Below are positions 37,481 through 50,909 of a stretch of DNA of 64,000 bases, in pieces. Origin of the DNA: Vicugna vicugna (taxonomy: Eukaryota); contig MU057521.1 of assembly GCA_013265495.1 (NCBI GenBank), positions 1,066,335 to 1,130,334 on the forward strand, given 5' to 3'. The first letter of the stretch is position 1. Each line of letters opens with the position of its first letter. The translations under genes were made by a program, and so were the position numbers. The notes beneath the pieces were generated by a model. The model made no database searches and was not told where the DNA came from. It saw only the letters and a list, made by a program, of their open reading frames with translations.

Positions 37481-38112
37481 AATGTTCTTTTTAGGACATT
37501 GGGAGTTAGTTTTGTGTGTTGGTCTGAGACTCTGACCATCGTTTATTATATTGCTTCACTGCAAAGCTGTATTCTTATTTCCTGACAACTGGATTAGAAT
37601 CCAATTTGGGGAACCCAATCCATCTGTAAGCTGGGGACTGCCAAGGTCTAAATCAGGAACGTTTTTATATTAGGAGTTCATTTAGACTAAAACAAGAAGC
37701 TGACAACCTTCCTAAAGTAATTCCAACACACTTGCCTGCTTGGGAATAGAGCTTATCAGGAAGTAGTCAACCTTAGCTTTATGCAGCTTCTTTTCCCTTT
37801 GAAAAAGGACTTAATTTGAATTTCCAAAGACAGCACAGAGGCGATTCATTTGTGCTGTAACATGTGGATTGGAAGTTACTTTAATGTGTTTGCTACAGAA
37901 TGTAATTCTACAGTCGCCTGAGGGTTTTCTTTACCAGTTTTTGTTCCTACAGTTCCAGCTGTGTCTTAGGTAAGATTTTTCCCATCTTAACTGGTTTTAA
38001 TGAAAAAAAAAAAGAGTCAGGCAGTTTGGGAAACATTTCCCCATGCATCCAGACTTCATCAAAGCTGTGCTTAGGAACTTTCAGAATATCATTAGAAATG
38101 ACGGAGCTTGGC

Positions 38113-38113
38113 C

Positions 38114-38153
<40 letters not shown>

Positions 38154-38160
38154 TACTATT
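38113..38160. repeat. (TTA)n microsatellite
   Basis: Seen directly. Confidence 0.95.
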
Positions 38161-38689
38161 TTATTTTGTGTCAGTTTGAACAGTCTAATCCAATGAACTC
38201 TAAACTGTGTGTGTATTAGTAGCTATCCTCAGGTTTCTTTTAGAGAACTATAAATTCATCATTTTATGAAATTATTTCAGAAAACAGTGTTTGGAAGTAC
38301 ATGGGTGTATTCTACCAATTTTCATCACTTTTAAAATGTACTCCACCATCATTTACTTTTTCTGCCCCTCAAAAATAAAAGTTAAGTATCCCTTCAAGAT
38401 GGTAAACCCAAGGACAAATATCTTTGGTTGGGGTTGCAACCCAGCGAGATGCAAAACTACTGCTTGTCTGCAAGCCCATGGATAAACCTGGAGGCTGCAA
38501 GCAAAAGCCAAGGCCTCTCCTTAAGAAGTCCACGTGCCCAAATGTCCTCAAACTACATTTATCCTGAGTCGCCTGTCCTGAGTCACCCCTGGGAAAGAGC
38601 AGTGAAAGGTCCCCTACACAACATGGGTGGTGTTTCAAGCATCTAAAATCCCCCTCCTGTTCCATCATTATCAGATCATCAGCCCTTTA

Positions 38690-38860
38690 ACCTGAGATCT
38701 TGGGCTAGTTTCTTAACGTAAGAAGCTTCAGTTTCTTCCTCTATGAAATAGAGATCAATGTATCCACATACGATGGGGACACAGAGAATTCAATCAGCTG
38801 ATACGTGACTACTTACTATAGTGTGTGGCACATGATAAGCCACTCATAAAAGCTAGTTTC
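38690..38860 (+). mobile_element. MIR
   Basis: cttgggctagtttcttaac...cttcagtttcttcctctatgaaatagaga. Confidence 0.65.
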
Positions 38861-38894
38861 TTTCCTTTCTCTTTTTTTTAATTCCAGATTCTGA

Positions 38895-39223
38895 TTTTAT
38901 TTTTTCTTCCGGTCTAACAGATATAATTAACACACAGCACTGTATAAGCTTAAGGTGCACAGTGATGATCTGACTTACATGCATCATGAAATGATGATCA
39001 CAGTCAGTTTAGTGCCCATCCATCATCTCATATAGATACAAAATTAAAGAAATTTTTAAAAGTTTTTTCCTTGTGATGAGAACTCTTAGGATTTACTCTT
39101 TCATATACAACTTTCGTATATAACATATGGCAGTGTTGATTTTATTTCTCATATTGTACTTTACATCCCTAGTAATTATTTATTTTACTGGTAGTACCTT
39201 TTGACTGCCTTCATGCAATTCAA
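38895..39223 (-). mobile_element. L1 3' end (laurasiatherian type)
   Basis: cactgtataagcttaaggtgcacag, catccatcatctcatatagatac, tgtgatgagaactcttaggatttactct. Confidence 0.75.
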
Positions 39224-39276
39224 TGTGTGTATGAATGTGTGTGTGTGTGTATATATATGTATGTATGTATATGTGC

Positions 39277-39308
<32 letters not shown>

Positions 39309-39322
39309 TTACATATACACAC
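39224..39322. repeat. Compound (TG)n/(TA)n microsatellite
   Basis: Seen directly. Confidence 0.95.
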
Positions 39323-41867
39323 ATGTATTTGTTGAGGTTTTCAATGCAAGGCGGCCCACTGAGCACTGGTATTTGCTTTCCTCCTACATTCTGCCTGCTT
39401 CTGCCACGCCTCCTACGATAGCTGAGATCCCAGTCAAATGGTAGTCAAGGAATAAGTCCATAACAGCAGAGAGAATGGGAGAGGGACAACCACTGGGCAC
39501 TCTGGTGGAGAAAAGGCCAGCTCCAACTGACCACAACATCACCAGCTCCAGGATCAGAAAGGGAAATAAAGGAAATTGGGCATAAAGAAAAGAGTTGGTG
39601 AGATACAGTCTCCTCTGACTGGCAAAGGAGTCATGGCTTTGGACATGCAGAAAGTCATGATAACCCTAGCACACAGTGCAAAAACCCAGAAGATTGGCTT
39701 TCAAATTTAAGAATCCACTCATGGACTATTTCAATACAATTATAGGAAAAAAAAATGTAATGTTAATCTGGACTTGAGGTTGTGTACTACATTAAGCTTA
39801 GGAGTTTTGGAGCTAGACTGTCTGGATTAAGACTTCAGCTGTCTTGCTGATATGACGATTAAGTAAAGGCAAGAGGACACATGTGTGTCTGGAGGAACTG
39901 CATTCCAGGCAGTGGGATCCACAAAGCAAGGAAATTGAGGCAGGAGCACACCTGGTACCTTTGGCAAGAAGGCATGTCCCTAGCTAGGGGAAAGTCATAA
40001 GAGATGATGTCAGAGAGTGTGTCCTTGTAGCCAACAGAAAAAAATAATATTGAAATTCAATAGGGATAAATGAATAAACAATTCTGAGAAGTCAAGAAGT
40101 AGCATGTTTTAAAAAGATGTCCAAATAGCCACCAGAAGAACTAGAAATGAGAACTGTTCAAAGTGGTTGATTGTAGGAAATTGTACTGGTGGCAGGAGAG
40201 GAGGTAATGATGCACTTTTTTATTAAACCTTCTGCACGACAACAAAGAACCCATGTGTGTGTAATTTTACTTTGATAAAAGGGAAATGAAATTAAAAGCT
40301 CTCCAAGAGGAAAAAAATGCATTAGTCTGCAATGAAAATGATCATAATAGAATTTGCATGATTTATATGCCCCAGAAGTAATTCCAAGCAACTGTGTCCC
40401 AAGGGAGTGCTTTACTTTTGAGATTTTGTATATCCCTGAAAAAGCCTTTCCATGCTTCTGCTATTTTCTTGGAAAACATTATGCAAATCACTTTACATGC
40501 CTTTGCTGGTACAGCTCTGGAATTGCCATATTTTCTGGCCTGAAACACTTAGACTCTCCAGCCTTCAAGAAGCCCCAGATTCAAGTTTGAGTGCAGCTGA
40601 CCCAGACACCCAAGGAAAAGCAGATAAAAAGGTGCAACTTAAGAGCAGAAGAATGAGAAGCACGGGCTTTAAAAGTTCCCTGGGCTCACAGTGCCTGTGT
40701 AAGACCAAAAGAAGGAAACATCCACATCTGCTCACTCGTGAAACCTTTTCATAAACCCAGCAGCTCTCGTGACCCAACTATTGCTTCCAGAGCCTGCTCA
40801 TCATCCCGGTGTCACCGTCACTCTTTCATAGAGTATACAGAAAGCAGAGAATCCACATGCTAACAATTAAGCAGAATATTGATTTGGAGTTAACTAGGAG
40901 CCCAGCTAGATTTCCCCCTTTTAATTCAAATCTGAGTATCTAGTTACCTAATAAGCAAGGGGATGATCAATACAAAATTCAGAATTGTGGTTAAAGAAGA
41001 TCAAACAGAGATCTTCTAGATGGAGAAGAAGACTGATGCCATGATGCTGTCAGTCTTCCAGCTCAGAAGTCAGGTGGTGGGTTCACAGGGGTTTCAATTA
41101 TTATTACTAGATGTCATCATTTACACATAGAATACATATATTCATTTGCTTGTGTCAGATAGCCATAATGCATTTTTAAGGGGAAAAATATAAGTTGCCT
41201 GAGAAAGAGATATCTATTGCCTTACCCTACAGTAGCATTCCACTTCTTAAAAACATTAAGTTATAGCTTCCTTTTTTGCATTTTTCAAGTTCTTCCACAA
41301 ACATCTCAGTGCTTTGGGAAATACTGTGCCAGTGATAGTGGAAGAAGAGGGATTTAGAATCGAGCCAACTCAAGTTCAATACCTGCGGCCTCTAAAACTC
41401 TCAGGTCAAGTTTCAGCTGTAGATTTTAATTACAGCTACTTCTTCCCCCATCTCACTTGGTGGCATTGCCCTGATTGTGTCAACAGTTACAGTCATTCAC
41501 AGAAAGACACCATCGTCCTATAAACTCTAGTTGGGAAGGCGTTATGTCCTGTGGTCAGAAATGACCTCACAGAAACAATCACTTCTGCCACGAGAAATGC
41601 CACAACATCTTTCCCATGGGCAACCACACTTACTCCCATGCTGAATCTGAGATCTTGCGACCTCAGTGTGGGCTGCCCCCAGACTTCTGCTCGCCCAGCT
41701 GGGAGAGGCCAATATGGGGGCTAAGGCTGGCTGACATTCAAGGATGCAGTTTGTAAAATAGTCATGAACTAAAGAAGTCTTGTTAAGCCTGTATTATAAT
41801 GACTTGCACTAAGAGTTCTATGATATAATAAAATACCCCATTCAAACTCAGGTAGCCACAGTCCCTG

Positions 41868-42868
41868 CTGCAGACTGACTCCAAAGATGAACACCAACAA
41901 TTCCTCCCACCCCGGCATGTGCTGAGCACACCTCCATCAACAGGTGGGGTCTATTTCCTCCCTCTGAATCTGAGCTGGCCCTGTAATTTGCCTTAATCAA
42001 TAGAACATGGCAGAAGTAAGCTAGCAATAAGGGCTTAACTCATAAGGCATCTGGCAGCTTTCACTCTCTTAGAACCTTGAGCTTCCATATAAAGAGGCCC
42101 AGCTCCTCTGGTGAAAAGACCACATGGGGAGGGGAAGACAGAGACAGACAGAGGGGGGCCTGGTCAGGCTCCTGCTAACCCAGCCATCCTAACCAGGGCA
42201 CTAGACCTGAGGGTAAATCTGGCCCAGCTTCCTACAACTGCTGTAGGTAACAAAGGAACACAAACTGGAGGGCTTAAAGCAATAGAAAATTTATTCTCAC
42301 AGTCCTAGAGGCTACAAGTCCAAAATCAGCGTGCATCATTAGGGTTGGCTCCTTCTGGAGGTTCTGAGGGGGAATCTATTCCTCGCCTCTTCCAGCTTCT
42401 GCTAGTTGCCAGCAGTCCTCAGTGGTCCTTTCTTACAGCTACATCACTCCAATTTTGGTCTCCACTGGCACGTGGCGTTCTCCCTGTGTCTTTATGTACA
42501 CTTCTCTTCTTATAAGGACATCAGTCATATTGGATTTGGGCCCACCCTAATCCAGCATGACCTCATCTTAATTAATTACATTTGAGAAGATCCTTTTTCC
42601 CAAAAGAGTCACAATCTCAGGTTCTGGGTAAGTGTGAATTTTGGGAAGATACTATCCAACCTAGTAAGAAACAGTCTTGAACATTCCTGTCCCAGTCAAG
42701 CCTCCAGTCCACCACAGCTGCATGACAGACTCTGAAGAAATGAGTAGAACTTCCCAAATTACTTTTCTTTGGCTGCCCAAATTGCAAAATCATGAGGAAA
42801 TAAACGGTTGTTGTTTTAAGCCACTACATTTTGGGATGGTCTGTTACACAGTAGAGATAACCAAAACA
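41868..42868 (+). mobile_element. MLT1F-like LTR with a nested MLT1 at about 42220-42672
   Basis: tgaatctgagctggccctgt...caatagaacatggcagaagt; 3' end ttttaagccactacattttggg...gataaccaaaaca. Confidence 0.75.
42220..42672 (-). mobile_element. MLT1C-like LTR
   Basis: cacaaactggagggcttaaagcaatagaaaatttattctcacagt; cttataaggacatcagtcatattgga. Confidence 0.8.
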
Positions 42869-43689
42869 GTCCTTTTGAAACATTGGGAAGGTGATTTGAC
42901 CAATCATCAACTTGAATCACTAATAACATGTGTTAATATATAAATAAAGTTACCAGTAAAAGGATGAGAACAGTGAGATTTTTGCAAAACATTATTGTAA
43001 CTTTCATGGGTTGTCTTACATGTGATTTAATTAAATTGTTTTTCTTCACCCAAGGGTTTCTGAGAAGTGATTTCCTGTTTAAAATGAGAAGGAAAAAAAT
43101 GGGACGGGGTGAGGGTGGGGGTCTAGGTCTCAAAATGACTGTAAAGTGCTGAGTAATGTGGAAGGAATGCGATATGCTCTGAACCAGAGAAGAGAGGTTT
43201 GTTTCTTGTGAAGGACAGTAGCTTTTATTACATTTGATAGCCCCCAGAAAGAAAAAGGAAGGGAATTGATTGTGTTACAGCTGAGGTCCTAGTCTGTGAA
43301 GATTAGGTGAACACACTTAAGGTATGGGGAAAAATGAGATCTCACCCCAACCAGGTGTTCAGTAATTCAACCCTCATCTCGCTCAGGTGGATGAGATGCT
43401 CAGGTCTCCATTTTCTGAACGCTGTGGTCAAACCGGAAAAAGGAAATGGTAGGCTGCCAATTCTCCATGACAACCTTCAAAATCTATGCAAGATGAGAAA
43501 TGTTAGTCTCTCGTGACCCTAGAAGCAGCAAAGCCTGATGTTAAGCTGTTGAGTAAGAAAATATAATATGGGGGAGAGAGGGGAAGTCTTCAAAAATGGA
43601 ATGGATAGTGACTATCATTGTCTACTGGGAAAATAATCACAAATCTTCACTGAGGGACAAGGACACAGTGGACTCAAATTGAAGCCAAA

Positions 43690-43870
43690 AGGTAGGGGTC
43701 CTTTCCACTTACTAAGCATGAACATTAGGAAAGTTCCCTGCACCATTTGGCATTTCAGATTCCTCATTTGGAAAAGGGCGATAATCATGCCCTACTTTCC
43801 TCAAAAGGTCGTTGTGAAAAACATTAAATTATAAATGTGAAAGCACTTTGAACACTCCACAACTGCATGA
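43690..43870 (+). mobile_element. MIR
   Basis: ccacttactaagc...tcagattcctcatttggaaaagggcgataatc. Confidence 0.65.
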
Positions 43871-44504
43871 CCAAAACAGGCTTAATTATTATTATTCAAC
43901 ATATATTTAAGCACATTCAGAGGAGAAAATATTTTCTGCAGTGCTGATTTCACATATGGCTGATTAAAAGGAATCACTAAAGAAACCTGTGGGACAGTGG
44001 TGGTGACAGCAGCCACCATCTCGTCAACAGAATGCTGAACTCCTGGACTTCTGACTTCCCATTTTCAGTCCCATCCAGGAATTCCAGGACTTTCTTCTGC
44101 AAGATGCATCCCCTAACATCTACTCTCATATATTTACAACCATGATAATTATGTGCAATACCCGAGCTTCCAGTTAAAGTCCTCCAGGAAAACCGTCCTC
44201 CTGGAATCTCCACACCAGATTCAGCTGTCACTTCCTATTTACTGTCAAGTCAAAGGCAGACCATTGCCAAGACAAAGCTAGTGTCTGGAGCATATGTTTT
44301 CTCCTTGGGGTCTTGATTACCAGCCAGCTTGGCATCTTATGAGATAGTGAGAAGAGAGAAGACTGAATTTATTGTTCTATATCACCATCAAGTCTCTTGA
44401 CATTCAGATTACCAAGCCAATCTAAAAGAAACTAATTAAGTATTAAATCCTGCCAACTATGCACCAGACAACTAACAAAAAATCCTTAAAAATATCTTCA
44501 AATA

Positions 44505-44660
44505 TCGATAATATTACTTTCCCCTTCGATAGGTAGGACAATCGAAGGTCAAAGATCTTCAGTGACTTGCATAAGACCATGGAACTAAAACAAAGAGTCA
44601 GAACGTGAACCTAGGTGGTCTCACTCAGGAATTCAGGCTCTTGCTCTTACATAACACCTT
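44505..44660 (-). mobile_element. MIR
   Basis: agtgacttgcataagaccatggaacta...gaacctagg. Confidence 0.55.
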
Positions 44661-46352
44661 GCTTGGAACCCTCATGCAAGAAATACAGGATGGATGATGA
44701 AACTTACGTACTCCTTCCAAACTTGGCTTGTTGGCAGCTATTCCACTAGAGATGAGCATACAAGCTGTGGCATGTCTGTGTTCTTTTGGTGGAAATGTAA
44801 TCACCCAGGTTTTGCTTCTTTGGGCTGTGATATATATGAGTTCTTTTTTCCCTTTTTTTTTTTTGGTAACCAAATCATACTACTAGTCCCTCTGTATTAA
44901 ATCTAATGACTTCTTCAGTGATGGTTCAATGAAAGTCTAAATTCCTAAGTATGACATTCAGGACTCTCCATAAACTGGTTCTCTCTTAATTCCTGTCTCA
45001 TCTTCCCTCATCTTTCCTCATTTACCCAAAGCACCAAGCAAACCATATTAAAGATCACAACCTGTGGGGCCCATGTCCACATATTTTCTCATGATGCACT
45101 TTTCATGCAGATGATGTTCCCATCTAGGGTTAATTCCTGCCAATATTTCAGAAATCCTAATTGGAAATTAAAGATTTCCCTGAAATAGCTAACTAAAATA
45201 GTAAGTGTTTTGGCTTTTGGCCCCAAAATGCTAACTCAGTATGGGAATACTGATTATTTTGTCTGATTAGAAACTCTGACAACCAATAATGCATGGCTTT
45301 TGCTATCAAATTCAGAAGTAAAGTACCTCTTGATAAATGCAAATTTATTTACAATGACAAAATCTTTTTGAAAACAACATGGGTTGGAGGAGAGGATAGG
45401 TGATAAAAGTGGGTCTTGGTGATGAAAAGCTGAGGAACTGATTGATCTACAGTGGACTTACTTCCAGCACATTCTGTCTTATTAAAATCCCCCTCATTTT
45501 GGCATCTTATATAAATGGAAGATTTCTTCCTCCACGAAATCTTCCCTTACAGTAACAGAGAGAAGTAATCCCCTTGCTTTTTGATCCAATGACATGGTAT
45601 ATCTGCTGCTCTTACTTCTGTATTTTCTTGGCTCTAGGATGCTATGGATTACAATCGGCATCATTATCCTATACACCACAAAGAAAGAAAAGCCACCAAA
45701 CCATGGCAGACCATCTTGACCTCAACGTGCGGAAAAGTACAAAAAATGCTGTGTTACAAAACTGATGAGATACAGTATTGTGAGCAGTTTGCATTTCATT
45801 TCCATTACAGATCATTAAGAAGGAGCTGCTATGTCTTGTTCATTTCTATTTCCTCAGGACTAGGCCTTGCCTGGGTATATATTCAATATGTGTGTGCTAT
45901 ACTGAATTCTTAGCTTAGACTTGTCTAAAAGACTCCCAAAACTGGGTGACACCAAAGCTCTCAATGAAATTTCACAGACTCTTTCTGCCTTTGTGTATAC
46001 GATAGGTCAGTCTAGTCTATAAATTAGACAATAAAGATAAAAGCATGTGATCTTAACAGACTCTTCACCTTCTCGTCAGTCAGAGCTACACATTTTCACT
46101 GAAACATTATTTGTTATATTTCTATTGAGCCTTTTATTCAGAGGTGGGTGCTGTACAGAGAATTTCATATATACAGCTCCTGGACAATTTGCTAATGAAA
46201 ACTAGGCCAAGGAAGGAAGAGCATAAAGGAGCACAGGGAAAGAAGGAAAAGTCTATTCAGAAATGAAATCTCTTATCTTTGTACCTGGAAGATTCCACAG
46301 TCTTAGTGAACCAATGGATGTCTAGCTGGATAGGTGTATGGCTGATGAATGA

Positions 46353-46830
46353 TGTATCAGCCAACTCTTACGACAATAATTCTGTGTAATAAACTACAGC
46401 AAAGTCTCCATGACCCCTAACAATACACATTTATTTAGTTCCCATGGTTTGGCTGGGTGCTTTACTGACCTGGGCTGGACTTACCCACGTGTCTGCAAGT
46501 CAGCTGGGAGTCAGCTGGGGAAGCTAGTGGCTCTATCCCACATGCCTCTCATCTTCTTCCTCAGACCAGAGACATGTTCATCTCACGCAATCAGCAGAGC
46601 CCCCAAGAACAAGCAGAAACATGCCAACTTCTTCAGACCTAAGCTCAGAACCACATGCTGTCACTCTTGCCTCATTTTTATTGGCCAAACCTAAAAATAC
46701 AGCCAAACTAATGTCAAGAGGCAAAGAAATACACCCTCCTCTTCAGAAGAAGACTTGCTAAGTCACACGGTCAGGGGCATAGTTACAGGAAAAGGTGAAG
46801 AATTGGGGTCAATGATGCAATTCATGTATA
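46353..46830 (-). mobile_element. Old MLT1 LTR
   Basis: tgtatcag...tgtgtaataaacta; ttttattggccaaa; aggtgaagaattggggtcaatgatgcaa. Confidence 0.7.
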
Positions 46831-46849
46831 ATAATAATGGCATGCTACA

Positions 46850-47030
46850 CATAAATATCTTACAAAGTATACTTACTAATATTTTCTCATTTAATTTCAC
46901 AACTAGACCAAAATGGCAGAGCAGATATAATTATTCCTACTCTACTGAAGCAAAAAGGGAAACTTGGAGAACTTGAGTAACTTGTCCCAGATAATATACT
47001 AAGTGATTGGGATGGAATTCAATCAGAACC
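46850..47030 (-). mobile_element. MIR
   Basis: ctcatttaatttcacaac...gagtaacttgtcc. Confidence 0.6.
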
Positions 47031-47828
47031 ATCAAGTACATTAAACAGATAAAAAGGGTTAAGAGACTCAGATAGAGCTCAGATCCTACTACAAAAGTTC
47101 TTTGTGGATTACCACGTGCAGTTCCATGGTAGGCACGGGGCTTGTGTGTTTTCAATAAAGGACTAGGTCATTTCAGAAGAACAATATTGGGTTTTATCTT
47201 CAGGAACAACCAACCACACCCAGAGTTTCTGGGAAGTATGCTCTGGCTGGTTTCTAGGCTACCTACGGAAACAAGAATTGCTGCTTGTTTTCACATAAAC
47301 ACATTAATTTGTGAAGAGACTGGGCTACAAGTACAAAGAATGATGAAAATCCAAATTGGTGACAGCACTGAAATGCAAACAGCATCACACACTGATAAAC
47401 TGCTTATGGACTTTCTGTCTTCAACTGATTGGGGAAAAAAAATAGTTCGGAGTGATGAACTGTAACATGTTGGAAGTAATTGGTTTAGTAAGAAAAAGGG
47501 TGTTAATTTAGAAATACCAATACTGTGACCCTCCTGGTGGATTATGTAGAGACAGAACAAAACCAGGTATCAGATGCCCTATGATCTGATAGTTCATTGT
47601 TTCATTTACTACCGCGCATGTCTCACAGACATGGCGCTCAGAATAAGCGGGCTTTTGCACTTCTGCCAGAAACACTGGAGCCTTGTTTCCTACCCAGTCA
47701 CTGCCGTTTATACTCACAGGGAGAAAGCAGGAAAGTCATGGTTACCTAACGAAAGAGGGATTAGAGGTAGGAAATAAAAGGCTATTATGAAATCCCCAGT
47801 AACTTTCCAATCACCCTGCCCATAAATA

Positions 47829-48152
47829 CAGTTGACCCTCCATATCCGTTGGTTCCACATTCTCGGATTCAATCAACCACAGATCAAAATTACTTGGGAA
47901 AAAATTCCAGGAAGTTTCAAAAAGCAAACTTGAATCTGGCACACACCAGCAACTATTTACATAACATTTACATTGTATTAGGTATTACAAGTAATCTAGA
48001 GATGATTTAAAGTATATGGGAGGATGTACACAGGTTATATGAAAACCCTACTCCATTTTAGGCAAGGGACCTTGTAAGCATCCTCATGGATTTTGGTATC
48101 TGTGGGGTTCCTGGAACCAATCCCCCCGAGGATACCAAGGGATGGACCACTG
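47829..48152 (+). mobile_element. Tigger3a/MER7-like MITE, apparently full length
   Basis: TA|cagttgaccctccatatcc ... ggataccaagggatggaccactg|TA, with terminal inverted repeats and TA TSD. Confidence 0.85.
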
Positions 48153-48529
48153 TACTTAGTCAACCTAACCTCCTGAGGAATCTTTCCCTGAGGTTCCCCT
48201 ACCACTTCCACCTAAGGCTAGGACCCTGCTATTTGATCTCGGAGTATCCTATACTGTTCTTTTGTTGTGTTATGGCAACTGCAATTTATTATTTCTTCAT
48301 GCATCTTTGTAATGCATGCTGCATCCCCTTGAGGGGAGATCAGTAAATTTCTGGTTCATCTTTTGTATTCTAGGACCTAGAACAGTGCCTGCCACATAGT
48401 GTCACTCATAACATTTATCAAATGGAAGATTGATTCAGCATAACCAATGTTTCTCACTTCTACCTCCTACAGCACGTTCTCTGTCACCCAGAATGGAAGG
48501 CTACAGGAGAGGGCACTGGGGATGTACTC

Positions 48530-49150
48530 TCGATTAGCTGCCCCTTTTCATGGCTTCTCCTTAAGGGTAAGACCAAAGTCCTTCATGTAATCTAAGAGGC
48601 ACTGGGTGTCAATAAAAATAATAAATGAACAAACAAACAAACAAATAAATGGATGGCACTGAATGGTCACGCCCCTGCCCATCTCTTTTTCCTGTCTCTT
48701 GACTTCTCTCCATCAAGCTCCAGATGCATTGCTTCTTCATTGCTCTTTCAGCTCCTTGAATACACTGCAACCATGCCTGCTCCCGGCTCACTGCACGCGT
48801 CACCCCTTCTGCCTTCAACACCTCTGTGTACTACCTTGTCCTCTCTTTTAAAGGACTCATCTCCCCGCTGCATCACCTCAGAGAAGCCTTTCCTGACTCC
48901 CCAGACTGGGTTAGGCGTCCCATCACCCAACACACAGGATTCATGCTGTTGCTCTCCTTGATAGCACACACCACAATTGTTTTTTTTCATTTGTTTGTGT
49001 GACCATTTGATTACTGTTTATGTTCCCCCTGGATTGTAAGCTCCATGAAGGCAGGGACTGTGACGATTTTTGCTCACCATCTAATACCCAGGGATTAGCA
49101 TTGTGCGTAGCTTTTAGTCAAACTCAATAAACAGTAAATGAATCCATCAA
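48530..49150 (+). mobile_element. L2 LINE 3' portion
   Basis: catcacctcagagaagcctttcctgac, gattgtaagctccatgaaggcaggga, ctcaataaacagtaaatgaat. Confidence 0.8.
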
Positions 49151-49158
49151 TAAAAGGA

Positions 49159-49193
49159 ACACACACAAACACACACACACACACACACACACA
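49159..49193. repeat. (CA)n microsatellite
   Basis: Seen directly. Confidence 0.9.
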
Positions 49194-50909
49194 CTTCCAT
49201 CACTTTCCTCTCTTCCTTTGGGAGAAGCTCCTAGAGGCAACAGATCTGGTTCTAAAAACAGCTTCTGTTGATATGCCAATAAATTTGAATCCAAGTGACA
49301 TAGGTTTTAAGCAAGAAACAAGTTCCAACCATACCATCCATAGTTTTTCTGCTCATCCATGCCAAGAATTTTAACTCATCAAAGATAACCCCCTTAGCAA
49401 TCTTCTGATTTTTTTCTAAAAGACAGAAATATCTTGTCCCCTTACAGAGAGTCTTCATTCAAGGTATCCTTTTGTACTATTTAACCAATTATTAGTGAGC
49501 TTTCTCTTTATAAACTCAGCCTTTATCACAGTTAATCACTTGTGTGTTAAAAACTCCTTCTACGCCCACCCTGCCACATATGGTCACAGATTGTTTGCAA
49601 AGAATGCTGATCATGCTTTCAAACAAAACCATTCCCATATGCTTGTGATTCATTTCCCCCTTCCTGCCTTTGCTTCATTTGTTTTAGAATTCGGTTTAAT
49701 TTTGAACTGGTTGCTGTGACAGGAAGTGACTGGGGAGAGGGGGAGGGGAGGAATTAGGAGAGAGGGATACAGAGCTGGGGGGATGAGGGAGAGGCATGCT
49801 GCTTACTTGACACACAGACCAGATCAAAGACTGCTGGATTGGAAAAGCCCTGCAGAGGGTACCAAATTCTCACTTGATTCCTTCCTTCCAGTTTCAAGTG
49901 GGGGAATGGCCAAAACCCAGAAATGGAGAGAAGGCCCCCATTTCTGGAATGCACGGTAGTCCCATTATTTACATTACAACTGAACCCAAGAGGTGGTTCA
50001 GTCACTGACCAGAGTGACATTTGGAAAAGTGGAAGCACACTCTCTCCAGAGAATATTAATGAAACCAAGCAAGCAGAGGGGTAGTTGCTTCTTACAACTC
50101 AATGCATGACCTTTTAATGGAGTAAAATGTTTGTAATATAAAACTAACTTGGCATTCTTAGGCAATTTATTCCTTGAACAAATATTATTCAGCATCATTT
50201 ATGTCTCATAGTCTTTGCTAGGCATTGAGGATACAACAGTGAAAGAAAGAAAAAAAAAAACAAAACAGATATCCCTGCCTCCATACAGCTTAAATTATGA
50301 TGATGGAGGATAGACAAACAACTAAGCAAAATATGTATGTCAGAATTTACTGTGTACTATGGAGAAAATAAAATGGGAAGAGGATTATGACATGCATGTG
50401 AGTGAGGTTGGAGGGCTGGTATTTTGAAAAGAGTGTTCAGAGAGGTCTCATCTATCAGGTAAAGAAGTCAGCCATGTGGCTACAGTGGAGGTGGGGCTGG
50501 GGAGAGCAATCCAAGAAAATGGAAGAGCAAGTGCAAATGTCCTGAGGCAGTGTCATAGGTAGTGGGCTTGAGGAACATCCAGGAAGCTAACGCTACTAAA
50601 GTGGAGTGCAGGAGATAAAGTCAGACAGGTAAAAAGGAACCAAACTGAATAGAGCTCTGTTGCCTAGTATAAGAATTGTGGAATTTTACTCTGTTTGAGA
50701 TGGGAAGCAATTGAAGAGTTTTGAAAAAAGAGTGACAGGACCTGACATATTTTCAAGGGCTCGATCTGGCTGCTGTGCTGAGACTAGACACCAGAGAGTG
50801 GGGCAAAGACAGAGGCAGGGAGATCAGTTAGATAGGAAGCTACTGCAATAACCCAGGCAAGAGATGGTGGTGCTCTGAAACAGGGCTGTTGTAGAGAAAA
50901 TGGTCAAAA

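Noticed and set aside
22014..48152. Similarity of 22014-22310 to 47829-48152 as a segmental duplication
   Set aside because: Independent copies of the same Tigger3a/MER7-like MITE with unrelated flanks
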